This document shows, one piece after another, positions 21,766 to 36,370 of a DNA stretch of 37,863 nt. A model generated the notes under the pieces. It had not been told where the DNA came from. It ran no database searches and saw only the letters and a program-made list of their open reading frames with translations. Each line of letters begins with the position of its first letter. The stretch's first letter is position 1. The DNA is from Veleropilina oligotropha. Lineage: Eukaryota. The stretch covers positions 124,001 through 161,863 of the forward strand of contig JBEUKZ010000138.1 of the NCBI GenBank assembly GCA_048128005.1, read 5' to 3'. The translations under genes and the position numbers were made by a program.

Positions 21766-23488
21766 CTGAAACAAAGAGATAACAAATTTTCATCTATGTC
21801 CTGACCGATCCGTTATAGACAACTGTGACACAGGTAACTAAATGTAAACTGGAACTGTACATGTATGTTTATATCGGAAAAGTAATGAGTGCGGAACAGG
21901 TCTGTAATTGGATCAGGATGGATCATGAATTTCGTTTGATCGACATAATCGCACTTTGATTTGAATCTTTCTAAATAATTTGGTTTGAACCGAAGCATAA
22001 CGATCCATCTTAAAACCCTTCATGGTCAAGGGAGGAAATGCATGGTCGTCCTGGGAACAATGTCCAAACTGTTATTGTTAAATAGACTATTGCCCGTAAA
22101 TACACTCTTTTTTCTTTGAAAAGATAACTAACCATTAACTATAACTAGAAATCAGGACTAGCGTCTCGGGGCATAATTATAAGGCGGGGAAATTGTCGCG
22201 CTGGGGTCGCTCAGGGATCTGCCCACGGTGGGCGGCAGTGGGCGCGTGTACCCGGCACTCATGACTCGCCGCCCGGCACTCGAGACCTGCCGCCCACCAT
22301 TTTTATTTTTTTTATTTTTTCTGCTTAGGCGTACATTTTGCTCTTTTTCATTTACCACCGGGCACTACTATTTTCCCACTCGGCACTCATGACTTTCTGG
22401 GCAGAACCCTGGTCGCTTGTGCTCGCGCGCGCGTGAGTGTGTATGTATTTATGCATTTATTCATGTATGTATGCATGTGTATGCAAGTATTATATATATA
22501 TATATATATATATTGTATACATATATTAATTATATGGCTTAGAACTATGATGTGAACATCTGAAATGGTGGCCATTTTAAAAAAAATGGTGTGGAAAGGT
22601 CCGAGGGGTCATAGGGTGGTGGATTTATAAGTGCTCGGGGGAGAACACTGACAACAATTCTATTCTAGTTCTAATATTAGTGATTAAGAACAATCCTCTT
22701 TTCAAAGATAATAACAATTTATTTATAAAACATAATGTCCGAATTGCACCAGTTCTTGAAAAATAGCCAAACTAAATATTAATATTGTTATAAACACATA
22801 TTCAGCAATCTAGACTCCATCTGAACAAATTCAGAACTTATACTTAAAAGAGAAAAACCTGACACTGTAATCTACTACTCTCAGAGAATGCATGATTTTA
22901 TATATATATATATATATATATACATGTAAATATATATAGGTTTACAAGTATGATAACAATGTACAGCAAATATACACTAAGCGTACTCTTGAGTCGATCC
23001 AAGGCAAACTTTCCAGTCCATTTGCATTCCAAATTCGAGATTAATGTTTAATGTTTAAGTTCATAAATAGATTATTCAAATGTTAAAATGTGGTACACTG
23101 TAGCAATTTATTTTCAATACAATTATCTCTCACACTTCGTTAAAATTTGATGGCGATTTATTCTTTTATTTTTGACATGTTTGACAGCAACAATGTAATT
23201 GGGAATGGATTTCTGACCAAATTGTTCTGTATGCGTCATAATGCATGCAATAAACATATGCACAGAACAGAGGAAGCATAACAGCCCAAAACACGACTGG
23301 CCATTCATTCTTTCTTAACAACAGCCCAGTATGAATAAGAGCCGTTTGTGTCTCGTCACGGTCACCGATTTACTTGTAAAACGATCTGCAGTGAGAAAGA
23401 TGTTGACAGTCATATAGCAAGGATGTCCTAATATACCACATGACATGCACTTAATTCACACCATGAATTTAAATATTAAGATTGGATT

Positions 23489-23724
23489 GGATCGATGGTT
23501 GATGTCATGTATATTTACAAACTACAGGTTCAAACCAGATCATGTCCATGTTATCGCGGAAGGAAACCAGTTGTCTGAGAAAACCTGCCATTTCCAGAGC
23601 CAGTTATGGTCAACTGTGATTGGTAATTGAACACAGAATGTCACTGCTCTCCTGTTAGTCAGAAAAGTCAAGCCAGTGATTTCAGAGTCAGCACTCGAGA
23701 TCACATGGCTACTGTGAAGCGGCC
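23489..23724 (-). mobile_element. tRNA-type SINE copy (internally deleted)
   Basis: Same core and the same GAAGCGGCC end. Confidence 0.55.
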
Positions 23725-25469
23725 TGCAAAACATTATGTATTATAAGATATACGATTTTTCATGCAGGAAATTTTAATTTCTGAAAGAGGTATCTTATGA
23801 CCATTCGTTCTTAGAAGTTAGTCCTATTCAGATTATAAATTAGAACATGTAAAAGCGTTTGCTTTGAACCTGCACTCAACTGATTGTGTGTTGTGTTTCC
23901 ATAAATAATATATTTATATATCATAACTGTCACATTTTGGCATGTTGGCTATTCAATCTTATCATAATGCTTGCATGATTCACAGACACCATTCTACATG
24001 GAGCATCATTACACGTACACAATAAATTTTATGACAGGTAATAAAAAAATAACTTCATTAGAACCTGTAATACAATTGATTGTGTTTTAACATCAAAACA
24101 CAATCTACAATTTGTGCGAACAAAGTCTGATTGCCTGCTTGATGGTATTTCTGCAAAATGCTACCAGCTACCATTAATGATTTATATTCTACCCGCAGGG
24201 TCTACCTTCATTCAGTATAAGTGTCGTTAATGAAATGCAGTGATTGACAAAATAAGAAGTTGCTTGTTAGGAAACAGAATGTGGTGAATTTATTAAATTG
24301 AAATCTATTATTTATAATGAATGTCTTCAGGAGATTCTCTAAAAGCCAGATCAGAGCATCAGCCATTTAATATAATCAAATACAACATTTATGATCTTAT
24401 TTAGGAGGTGGCGGATGGGACCGACTAAAAATAACTGTTAGTTGTTTACAATTAGATTTGTTTTACCACCGTAATATACAAAGTAAAATTCAAACCACAA
24501 GTAACGACGTAAAAATTTACTCATCATATTAGCAAAAATGATTCCAACAAAAATGTCTTGACACACATGACATTGATGCAGTGTTCACATGGATCCTTCC
24601 CTACTGCATGTACTCACTACTGTCATTGCCAATTTGGTAAAAGACGTGTGTTGGATCGAGTCATCAACTTACTAATATACTAGGTTATTATGTCAAATTT
24701 GAAAACCCATGCACCCATGGTTTCTTTTTGCTCGACATAAATATGAATATATGCAACTTCCATAAATTTAAAATCTGCACTGTATAGCAATTTTAACAAT
24801 TTAATATGACCGACGACTCAATCTATATTTAGCCAATTTTTGTAGGTGCAGCTGAGCCCATGTACCCAGCAACAATGTGTGACAGTGTCAATAAATTAAA
24901 TTGTCATATCATGATCAGTACATATATGGCGACATTCTTGGTATTTGGAGGAGAATACTGATACAACTTTCTCGCTGACAAGTATAGTGTTACAACAGAC
25001 TTTTTGCTTGATCTTTTATAACATGTCTAAGCAAGACTTTTGAGAAGCCCATCCTCAATTTAATATCCTCTTGTGACAGTGTGAAAGACATTAATATCTG
25101 CAACATTCGCCTAGTTCCACTGTTCAAAAACAGTAGTTTTTTCAATATTTCGCATTTCCTAAATCCAAGATGAAAATTTTCATGAATTTACAATTAATTT
25201 AAAAACAGTACAAATGCCCGTTAACATGTTCAGTTAGACTGATTCTATTGTTGATCAAGCATAATAAATTGATTTCATCTGTCCCGCTGTGTCACCCTCT
25301 GAGGACTGCCGATCATAATATCAATAGTGACGCATGTCTTCGCACATGACATCGCCATCAATACTGCCATGACAGTGCTAGTACACTTTAAAAGTCTAAA
25401 ACGAATGTATGCGTAGATTTCATCCTTGTATCCAAGGTTTCCAGATATAATATGAGAAACAAGAGTTAA

Positions 25470-26059
25470 GCTGAGAACAGACAGGACGCGGGCGGACGGA
25501 AAGTTACATGCGGGCGGTAAAAATGGAACATATGATATTTGTAGTGGCAAAACACACTAACGCGGACGGCAGGCAAGCGGGCGGGTAGAATCGCTTCTGT
25601 AGTGATTTTTGCCGCTTGGGGAAATTCCCGTTTGTGACGTATTTAAGTATCGGTTATTAACCCAGATGCGGGTTTACCTTCCAGGAAAGACCTGGCGGAG
25701 TTATAAGACAATGGTTATCGGACAAGTCAATCCGAGGGATTTATTTCCATGCAGTTAAAATATGAAATCTTACACACTGTTATACATTGTCACTTGATGT
25801 ATTATATTTTAAATGTTACCAAGTTATACAGCATTTTAAATTACAGTTGTTTATTTGTTAAATGAAATCATTGGACGGCGATGATAATGAAGAGGTTGAA
25901 TAATTATTAGTAATGTTCAATACTCAAAGTGCTCAAATTTTATGATGCAAGCCCTTGTGCCAACGCACGATTTCCCGCTTGACAGACGTATCTAGTGTGT
26001 TTTGTTTCTCCGCTTGCCGCCCGCGTGACTTTCCTGCCCGCGTCCTGTCTGTTCTCAGC
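25470..26059. mobile_element. Non-autonomous TIR element
   Basis: 24-bp perfect TIR GCTGAGAACAGACAGGACGCGGGC, with further imperfect inverted similarity inside. No clear TSD. Confidence 0.7.
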
Positions 26060-26230
26060 CAGGTTACACTCAGGGATTCCGTTAACCATATCAATGGCTT
26101 GGGATGCCAAAATTCATACTAAACCTTGTCGTCACTGGGATGCCAAGAAATTTCTGTGAACAGCATAAAATGAACTATGTATCGTTTCCTTGAAACATGT
26201 ACGGTGGTACCAACATAAAATTTTCATTAA

Positions 26231-26689
26231 AGAGACTATTGCCCGTAAATGAGCTCTTTCTTTGATAAAAAGAAAACTAACAGCATTACACTTTTTGTTT
26301 ATAACATAAAACGTTAGGAATTTTCAACACTCAACTTTCGTCAGTAATTTGCTACCGTTGAAATTAATAGCTACTGAATATCTAAAATAATAAAACGCGG
26401 TCCGCGTTTAATTACCTCGCACAGAGTTCATTTCCAATTGACCTAGTTGGAGCACAGTTGCGTTGGGTTCTGCTCATCAAGTAAGATAACTTTCTACTTG
26501 ACAATACTAGTATTATATATTGCCCAGTTACAATAATAATTTCAATAAAAGTCTATCATTTTATCATATATCGACCATATCTTCGCGAAATTTGTATCAA
26601 TCTGCGCGAACCGGGCGATAGATGGTGTCAGGACAACTCGTGCCAGAGACAACTCGTGCGAAAGAGCGCATTTACGGGCAATAGTCTCT
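26231..26689. mobile_element. TTAA-flanked MITE with Kolobok-like AG...CT termini
   Basis: About 30-bp TIRs AGAGACTATTGCCCGTAAATG.GCTCTTTC, with TTAA on both sides. A truncated second left end lies at 22082-22145. Confidence 0.8.
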
Positions 26690-28492
26690 TTAATGTTAAC
26701 TGTTATATATAAATTATAATTGTCGGTGATGTACAAAACACAGTCTGCTTGATTGAATTGTCATAGTAAGAGGTAAAACACTATGGTACACACTTATATA
26801 CTGTCAATTTTAAATAATTTAAAGCGGGATAGGTTAGCAACTTTGTATCACGGTCACTTTTGACAATTTTTCAGCCTTTTCACTGTTGGGTCAGCAGATC
26901 TTAACTTTTTATCACCTGAATTAATATGGAGAAAACATATGTAAACTACCTATCCATTATATTTATTGCTCTTCTGGCTTTAACATTGTTTATAGCTAAC
27001 AAAACTATATATCATATGCAGAAATGAATACTCTTTCATTTGACGCTAAGTACGATTCAAAAATTTAAAAATGTAACCTTTGATAGCTTACATAAACTAA
27101 TGTAGATTATATAAATATTTTTTTTAAATATGTACAAAATAAGTTTTTGATATGGAATTTGTTTTGCCAGAGGCTATTCATGCTTTATCTTATATGAAAT
27201 GAAACAGTGTGCTATTGTGAAAATTTTGCCATCAATAAACAGTGAACATTATTTTTATAAATTTTATAAATTGGTCGAATAAGGTACTTTATGATACTAA
27301 GTGTTACAGCAGATACACTGCCAGTCATTTTGCTTGTAATTATGAATATGTGAGACAAGTACCTTTTTTTCTTATTGCCGTAACGATGTTAAAAATGAGT
27401 TGTTGTAAATTGACTAATAATATATACCACTGAGGAAACCTAATGGAATGCTCAATACCAGTATAATTGTCATTGATAATGGTCTAGACATGATAAACCT
27501 CATTACACAATTTAATAAATCACTGATAATATTCTAGTTGTGAACAGCAATTGCTCAATAAATCACATCTGAGCTATACATCTCAATGACAATTGTTATC
27601 AGCAGATCATGCAAATGCTACAATTTTTATATACTAGTATTCAAGTATATGGCAATTCTTTTCATTAAGCATGCATTATATACATTTAATGTAAATGATG
27701 CAACCGAGTGCCAGGATACATTTTTTGGTCATTTTATTAGCTACTTTTAGTCTGACGATTGTGGACTGGTCATCGCTCTTGTATCTTCAATTGACAAGTG
27801 AAATACCTTGAGAGATATTCATACCACCTGCGTGCATTTTATGAGAGTTATTCTGGCACATACAGGGTACGATTTACCTGGTATAGCGGTGCAGAAAGCT
27901 ATGCATTAATCAGCTTTTGCTATACCATAGATTATTGCGTAGAAGTTGTGCTATGCATTACTTCTGTGTTTAAAATCACATTGTGAGCCAATTTCAAGTA
28001 GCTTCTATGTAATTAAACCCATTTTGAAATGTAAATGTTAACATGAGAAGGAATAATTTGAACTGGTACACAATTCTTTAAAATTGCTAAACAAGATTTA
28101 TTTGTATAGCAATGAACCGCTATGCAAAATTATATTGCTAAAGCGGACCCTGGCGTATCCGGCGCATCAATTTTGGAAGGTGTTTCACACCACACGCGTG
28201 CGTCTAGTGAAAAATCTTTCATATTCACACAGAAATCGGTTTTATCAATCAATTTAAATCTTGGGCGTCAAAAAAGGATACTAGTGTCGTTTTAAAATGC
28301 ATGAAATTGATGCTTGGCACACACGACACGAATGCATATGGCGTGAAATGGTATATATATATATATGTAAAAGCATTCTTTCGTTATTTGATGCCTGATG
28401 ACCAAAATCGCACACACGTCTGGTGTGAAAGCTCAGTGATCACAATCGGGATATAGAGTACCATATTTTGTGTTCTTTCATATGTACATTAA

Positions 28493-31400
28493 CCCCTTGT
28501 TTCCCAAGTTTTCTAGGACATATTTCTGTGATATGTCATATACATTGATATCAGTCTATACGGAGGTGTTGCACACATAATAAAATAGTAAAAGTATACA
28601 TTTTCTGAAAGGAAATTGAACGACGATTCTGAATAAGTGCATTTTATACTTATATACACAAATTATAATAAGATAAAAAAGCATTTGTGTGATGAAATAT
28701 AAGATTTTTATTTTCACTAAATTTGGAAATACGACTGAAAATATTGGTCTTACAAATTTATAAGCTAAATAATATTATGTTGTATGTAACATACATATAT
28801 CATGTTCATGAATTGTAACAAAAAAATGTTAAATATTCATACATTTATGCAATAAATATATAATATGAAAACATCAAGCAGTTTTGGTTTTCAAGTCGAA
28901 ATTTGACCTTTTGCAAAGACTCCACGCAAGCAGATAAAACATGATATAAAAAGTAAAACACAATAATAACTTCTTATATTCTGATAGAAAATTGAATTCT
29001 TTTACAGACGATGCTAATTCTGAAATTATATTTACAATATATATGCAAAATATGAACGATTGTGCAACATATATGGCTCAGAACATACTAATGTTTGAAT
29101 TTTGCACGTATCATCATAATTATAACCAATGAATTCTCAGTGTGTGCCACTTGTCGTAACAGTTTCTGTCCTTTGTGAAACAGAGTGGGATATCATGGCA
29201 TGCAACACACGAAAGCACAGATTTATTTCGTTGATTGCATGGTAACTTGAGCTCACGTACATGACGCGCGCAAACGGCACAATCAAGTCTCTTTCCGAAG
29301 TGTCAGATTTTATGGTAACTGCCATTCAATCGAAGTTCATCGGCAGCACTTAGGGGAAGGGACAGACTTCGTCCTACTCTCTTCTTACGAAAGGATTGTT
29401 CTTTGACAAGCCCATGCACCAAGTCCAAAGTGAATTCGAGATAGTCGCGGTCTCTGTGGCCGACGCGTACATGCGGTTGTAACGAATCTTCAACCAAGAA
29501 AGCATTGAATTTTGCTATTTCCACACTGTATGAAAATATTTTCTTCCATGCTTATGCTTTCTTGGAGCGACGAGCACAGTTCATCAACGCAATCATATGG
29601 TCGCCATGATCAACGGCCCGCATGTGGGTCTGGTAATCACTGACATGTGGAGGGCAAGGGACTTCAACTTCGCTACCGTCCGGATCATGCCTGACGACCG
29701 AACCAAGAGCTTCAGTTTCCATATCAGTGTATGGAAAGTGAAGTGTTGTGAGGAAATATACTGGTCGTTTGTCATACCAGTAACTGGCCAACAACTCTCC
29801 ATTCACACACCAAGCATAGTCACCGCGGTCAAGTGTTCTTTCGCGCCTCTTTTCGATCTTCAGGTCATCGGGAAAGCCAATCCGGTCTTTTCGAATTGTT
29901 CCACAACAGTATAACCCTTTGATCAGTAATGAATCGAATAATTCAGGGTCTGTATAATAATTGTCCATATACATGTGGTGGTTACTGTCTGTAATGTCAT
30001 CAACAAGCTTGTTTACTACCCTGTGTGACAGCTTGCCACCCGCATCATCATCACCTGCCTAGCCGAGATATATATCAAATTTAGAAATGTAACCTGATGG
30101 ACTTTCGGCAAGACCCATACCTTGATCCCCCATTTGGTGGGTTTCGCTTTCATGTACTGTTTGTATGAAAGCCTACCTTTGAAGGCTATCACTCTTTCAT
30201 CGATCGCAATATTTTGACCTAGGTCATATTGCTTTGCGCAGTTGGCCGACAAAATGTTGAGGAATGTACGCACACGATCAATTTTATCGAAGTCGGGGGT
30301 ACCTCTTCCTGCTGCCTTTGCATTATCGGCCAAATGAAAATATCTCCATATTTGCTGGAACTGATTTCTGGGAAATATGGCTGAGATCCTAGATGCTTCG
30401 GATATTTGTCCTGAGACCAATACATGGGCAAACGAGGTAGCTTCACTACGCCCATCACAATTATCACAGCAATGAAACACCTCATTTTTGCAACAGTCAC
30501 ATCTTCCCATTTGCCCTTGTGTTTATCTGGTTCATTCTCTACACACTGCGCATAATACTGGTTTGTTTCGGTAACAAAATGTTCCCATGTGCCATTCGAG
30601 AAATACAAATCAAAATAATCACATGCGCCATTCTCGTTTGCATTTGCGAATCGCTTTGTCGGGCAGGATGCGCCACGCCAAAGTCCTTCACTGGAGATTT
30701 GTTCACGGTGTTGGTCCACCTATTAGCAGCATACCTTTGCCTTATGGCATCTTGTTGTTGACTAGCAAGCTGTCGTCCAGTAGGGGCTGCCTGTGCCGCG
30801 GGAGCAACAGCCTGTGCAGCTGGGGCAGCTCGTGTCGCAGTTGCAGCAGCTCGTACAGCTTTGCCTCTGCCGCGTGTTGGTTGCGCCGTTTTCCTCGTTT
30901 TCGCCGGAGGTGGTGTTTCTCCATCACTGCTGGACTCGCCACTGTCAGACCCTGAAACACACAATGGTGTCAACTGTAAATATAGTGTTATATTTATATT
31001 GTGCATTCACAACTTGCAAATATATCATTGGAAGTTTTAGTAATATTATTAGCAATATTTCATATAACATTTCTAATAAATTCACTTATAGCTTGATTAT
31101 ATAATTGAACATACGTGTCACAGCTGGGGCAGCTCGTGTAACAGCTGGGGCAACTCATGTCACAGTTGCAGCAGCTCGTACAGCTTTGCCTCTGCTGCGT
31201 GTTGGTTGTGCCGTTTTCCTCGTGTTCGCCGGAGGTCGTGTTTCTCCATCGCTGTTGGATTCGCCACTGTCAGACCCGGAAACACACAATGGTGTCAACT
31301 GTAAATATAGTGTTATATTTATATTGTACATTCACAACTTGCAAATATATCATTGGAAGTTTTAGTAATATTATTAGTAATATTTCATATAACATGACTA

Positions 31401-32208
31401 ATAATTTCAATTCTAGCTTGATATCATTGAACATACCTATTTCTAAAAAAAAATGAAATGCTAATTAATGGATGATTTACCTATAACTATATCCATAACA
31501 ATGAAAACTAATTATTTGACATAAGTAAGACCAGTGTGGTGCACTAGTAAAAGAAACAAAATGTTTTGTGTAATTGAAATTATCTCCCCCTGTTTTTCAA
31601 TATTCCTTCGTTAGTTAGTAGTTGCTTGACAATAAATTAGTAGTTTTAAATATTAGTATTGCTTATAACATAGTAAAAACATTTTATATACAGGAGATAC
31701 TTTCATTTATTACCGATAAATATGCTTGTAGTGTATTTACGTATATTTACCTGGTCGGTCTACTACACGTGTTGGCGGAATATTCGTTGTCGATGTACTT
31801 GGTATATTTGGGTCAAACTGCCTGAATTCTGTGTCGGCTCCGATGTCCTCCTGTTCGCTATCGCTTTCGTCATCTAATTCCTCGTCACTTTCGTCATCTA
31901 ATTCCTCGTCACTTTCGTCCATAAATATCTTCTCTAACACTGCCGCAACCGTAAAACGTTGCTTACCCTTTACCGACATAACTTGACATGACTTTATGTA
32001 ATAGGGCAACGCCCACTTATTTCAACAAAATTTTCTTCTGCAAATTTCACTTTATAAATGGTGTCTTCTTTGTCTAACGACAGCTAATTATGTATGCAAC
32101 TAACAGCGCCACCTTTCACCAGACTGGTACAACTCATTGCAGTCATGGGCTGTTAACTCCTATCACACTGTTGCAACGTACGAATTCGTACGATTGGGGT
32201 CTAGTGGG
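28493..32208 (-). mobile_element. piggyBac DNA transposon (decayed) in ADAM10 intron 1
   Basis: TTAA at 28489-28492 and 32209-32212. Imperfect termini CCCCTTGTTTCCCAA and CCCACTAGACCCCAA. Transposase remnants lie inside. Confidence 0.88.
29120..31979 (-). pseudogene. piggyBac transposase pseudogene with introns
   Basis: Acidic N-terminus (31751-31979). Catalytic-triad motifs IAIDERVIAFKGR..KPTKWGIK, YMDNYYT and MRAVDHGD. C-terminal Cys-rich domain CAVC..CVAC..PLC..CYDKWH ending in TAA at 29120. Several frameshifts and stops. Confidence 0.9.
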
Positions 32209-33453
32209 TTAATGGGTTTTTGTTTTTGTCGACAAAAAATACCTTACATCATATTTGCAATATTTATTATCGACCTCAACTTGCGAAAAACAAGTTGAGG
32301 TTATGATGAGAAATCGATAAAAAATAACGTAATTTATATATAATATTTCCTTAATTTATATGTGCTGAAGTGACGCTTAAGTTTAACATAGTGGCTTACT
32401 TTATCTGTTTCGGGGCCGACTTAGTAAAATAGTTCAATAAAAATAAGAATTTAAGTATTTTAAAAGAAGAAATCAACAGACGCCTGTTTGATAGGTTATT
32501 CTTGCATATGTCTGATAGAAATTCCGAATGATTCTTGAACGTCGCGATTTCCATATTAGGCACAAAGTTAGGTGGTCGTGGTTTATATATTTGCCGTTGT
32601 GACTTAGTGGGTAGATTATAGATCCTGGTTGCAGATCGAAGTTCCCGCTCGGGTCAGGCCTCGGCAATTTCACTACACCTTACGAAACGAAGCATATATT
32701 TGCCTTTGTTCGCTCAGTCAATCTGAACGGGTACCTGGTTTGCAGTTATGTAAGTTATGTGTGTATTGACTTTATTTTATTATTTATTTATTCAAAATAT
32801 CAAAAATCCTCAATAACATAGGTCCACAGGGTAAATCCTGATTTGCAGCATTCTTTGGCCTGTTAAATGACATTGACAAAGCCGTAAATGAATTGTAACT
32901 TACTATTCGTTATGTCGTTGAACAATAATTATGAATACTAATTATATACAGTGCAACAGTTATAATAATACAGACTTTGAAGAAACTTGAACGAAACCAC
33001 TTGAACTGTGGATTAGGCCTATGTATATCAAAGGCGTCAGAACCGCCGCAGAGGCGGCACTTATTTTCATGGCCGTGATAATAATTTTAGAAAAATGTAA
33101 TCTAAGAACAAAAAGTTAACTCTGTCCACCAGTCATTAATTGCTCATGATAACAAAGGATCCAGTGATTGCCGTAATCTGATTACGTTCGAGTCTATTAT
33201 TGTGTATCGTCGTTCATTGTTAATTTGCGCTCAGTGATTAATGTCTGCTGTATCTGTGATTAATTGATCATTGTTCAAAGGCCGAGAAAAGTGACCCCCT
33301 GGTCGAAGATTTTGCCCAGGCGTTGAGGTCGTGGCGTTACCTCGGCGGGTATACAAGTTGCCTGTGAAGTCTGGGGGTGTTAATTGCCCTAACAACTAAC
33401 AACACACTTCGTAATTGTATTTCTGTTGTTTTAACCATGTGGCAAAGTAATTA

Positions 33454-33657
33454 TGGTACTTATGCAGTATACCCCCCCACCCAAAATTCTGCCCATCTTA
33501 TATACATTGTCACTGTTGTGTAGAAAACTACTAAAACCTCCATGTCTTATATATTTGCCCATGACGCGGCTTCAAGCCCTGATCGGGCATTCATTTGTAT
33601 TACTATAATTTAGGCAAGACTTAATATGTGGGTGGGGGGTATACTGCATAAGTTCCG
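33454..33657. mobile_element. TA-flanked MITE (Tc1/mariner-like)
   Basis: About 30-bp TIRs (ACTTATGCAGTATACCCCCC..ACCCA) flanked by TA. Confidence 0.7.
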
Positions 33658-33916
33658 TAATTATTGTAATGAAACTGATTCTTTTTATGCCAGCTACCAA
33701 TGCGAAAAGTGAACGAATGTTTAGCAGCTTGAAATATTATAATATAAACCATCAACCAACACGAACCGCTTCGGTAACAGTTGGACACGACTTTATTGTT
33801 TTAGTATACATTAAATAAAGTCTGAATTATTTCGTTTCATGCGACATTTCCAATAAAATCGGTCGGGTCCTGTTCAATATTTGGGCCAATCATTGAATCA
33901 ATTTATCATGACTCAC

Positions 33917-33977
33917 CTGTTAGTGACGATAAAACGTTCAAAAGCAGAAGCAGAACCACTAACACATCACTCCACAT
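33917..33977 (-). CDS. ADAM10: ADAM10/kuzbanian-like metalloprotease, coding exon 1 (signal peptide)
   Basis: ATG at 33977 gives MWSDVLVVLLLLLNVLSSLT, a hydrophobic signal peptide. It ends CAG|GTGAGT in phase 1, matching the phase of the next exon. Confidence 0.85.
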
Positions 33978-34119
33978 TGTTTTCAGTCGATGTCTTGAAG
34001 ACAGCTTCCTTCTATTACGCACACCAGATGTTATTTTTGTAAATATTGTCAGAATATATCCAATTTAAATGTTACAAACGTCTTGTTTTTGCACTGCTCC
34101 CTTCTCGGGTTGTAAGCAC

Positions 34120-34245
34120 TGATTTTTCAAATGCGCATGCGCGTAAAATGAACATTACTTCCTAGTTGTTCAAGCTTGAGGCGTCAAAAGGGATTTCAGC
34201 GCATCTAATTTGACTTTATTCAACCAGGTCTTGCGCATGTGTTTT
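34120..34245 (-). promoter_or_regulatory. Likely ADAM10 promoter with NRF1/EWG-type sites
   Basis: TGCGCATGCGC at 34132-34142, a second TGCGCATG near 34232 and an ETS-like ACTTCC, all 150-260 nt upstream of the ATG. Motif match only. Confidence 0.5.
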
Positions 34246-34796
34246 ACAAAAACTCAATATATAATAAATACTTTTTATATGTTCTGTATAAAATTGTTGG
34301 TTAAGATCAAATAAATGTATGACGATTTAAGATCTTGCTTATATATATACTCTGGTACTACTATATCTTATAGCAGTCCCAGATATACTCAACCAAAAAC
34401 GAAACGCACACCCCACCTTTAGATAGTTTTACTAGGTTAATAACAATTTACGAAAATTTAAGGCAATAAAACTTTTCTGAGACACTAACTTTCTTTCCTT
34501 CAGAAATGAATTAAATTAAAGATAATTATTCCCTGCCCCAAAAAAATGCGTGGGTTAATAAAATACACACCATCAGCTCATGCGGACGTACGTCTATCTA
34601 AAATAACAATACGGGCAATAACTCTATCAATAATCGCCACACAACAATAAAATTAGCAACGGTACCAGTCCACCAACTGCTTAATGCACCCACCAAATTT
34701 CATAAATATATAAGTTGGGAAGCTTTTCACCATGCATGTTTATATAGTCAGAAATTGTTGCAACGTTATGAGCAAGTTTTGGACCAATATTTATAG

Positions 34797-35051
<255 letters not shown>

Positions 35052-36277
35052 GATACGCAGAAATACATAATTATAAAAGCATTACATTCATCGGTATTTG
35101 TCATTGAGTAATGTAGTAGAACTTTGGACCCACCAATGTGTGTGTTAACAATTTGTACTGTATGCAACATGTTACAACTGCATTGTAACATGTAACATTT
35201 AGTGCACACAATCACGATAAACTTAGTCCGTTGGATATGCATAGGCTCGCCGTGCACACACCACACCCCCAAAAAAAAAAATACAAATTGATGGAAACAT
35301 CCATTTTTATTTCATATGAGCCCATGAGCAAAATGACATCCATTTTGGGTGATCATGGGAGTGTATGACTTCGATACCCAGCCCATGCATTACACCACCA
35401 TGTATTATGTGACGAAAAAGCGAAGTTCGGAACATATTGCTGCCAATGTTCTACTACGTTACTCAATTACAAATATCGATGAATTTAATGTTTTCATAAT
35501 TATATATTACCACGTTTCTTTCTAATTATGCAGAGAATAATTAACGACGTTGAAATATAATAGCTCCTATATTCCACTCGTACTGACTGCACTGGAATCG
35601 CATCTTGCATTCGAAAATTCTGTCTAAGATATATGTATGTGCTAATAGTTCATAACTGGCTATTGTGGACGAGCTTTTCGAGATACACTTAAAGTTCCTC
35701 CAGCAACACCATGGATACGCCCAATACGATCCTACATATTAAACGGGACAATAACATCATAATCAAGTCAGATCATACGATATAAATGTTGGTCGATCGT
35801 CTAATAATAAACCTTTATTTTTAGTATATCATTAACAAGCTGTCAATGCCGACAAATATTTCGGATATATCAGAATATAATTACTACGTATTTGATCAAC
35901 CACGCATGCTTCTTTAGTCGATAATAGTATTGGAATAGTAAAAACGCAGATACGGATTTACTTATTTATTATATACAAATACTGCATATACATCACATAG
36001 TGACATCATAACATAAATAAATTAAATAATTAATGATATATATTGTCAGTCCTGATCTATATTAACATCTTCACTTATACAGTTGTCTAAATCCATGTCA
36101 CTTTCATCATCATAATTAATTGGTCACGGGATCAATGGCAGTGAACAGAGAATAACATACCACAGACCACAGTTCACCAACAAAGTGGTAGGTTTTTGTT
36201 TTCAGGCGCCTCTTGTCGTTGGTGGCACGTGGTTTCGGCTTTCGCTTGTGGATGAGCATATGGTCTGTGGGGGTGTA

Positions 36278-36370
36278 GGACAAAAACCCCACTGGACAAA
36301 ACACCCACGGACAAAACACCCACGGACAAAAACCCCAGCGGACAAAAACCCCAGTGGACAAAACACCCAT
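36278..36370. repeat. Six 15-16-bp GGACAAAA(A/C)(A/C)CCCA tandem units, probably transposon subterminal repeats
   Basis: The units are read directly; the transposon origin is inference. Confidence 0.7.

Noticed and set aside
22144..22670. Element with AACTAGAA/TTCTAGTT ends and CCGGCACT repeats
   Set aside because: Probably a repeat, but the 8-bp end match is too short to define or classify it.
24100..25130. Possible very old CR1-like LINE remnants (RPP- and DFN-like fragments on the minus strand)
   Set aside because: Too degenerate to support by eye; needs a translated HMM search.
36121..36268. GC-richer segment with an acceptor-like TTTTCAG and short ORFs
   Set aside because: No recognisable protein and no partner exon; it adjoins transposon-like repeats.
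36278..36370. Short regularly spaced repeats resembling a CRISPR array
   Set aside because: No unique spacers, no cas genes, and a eukaryotic context.
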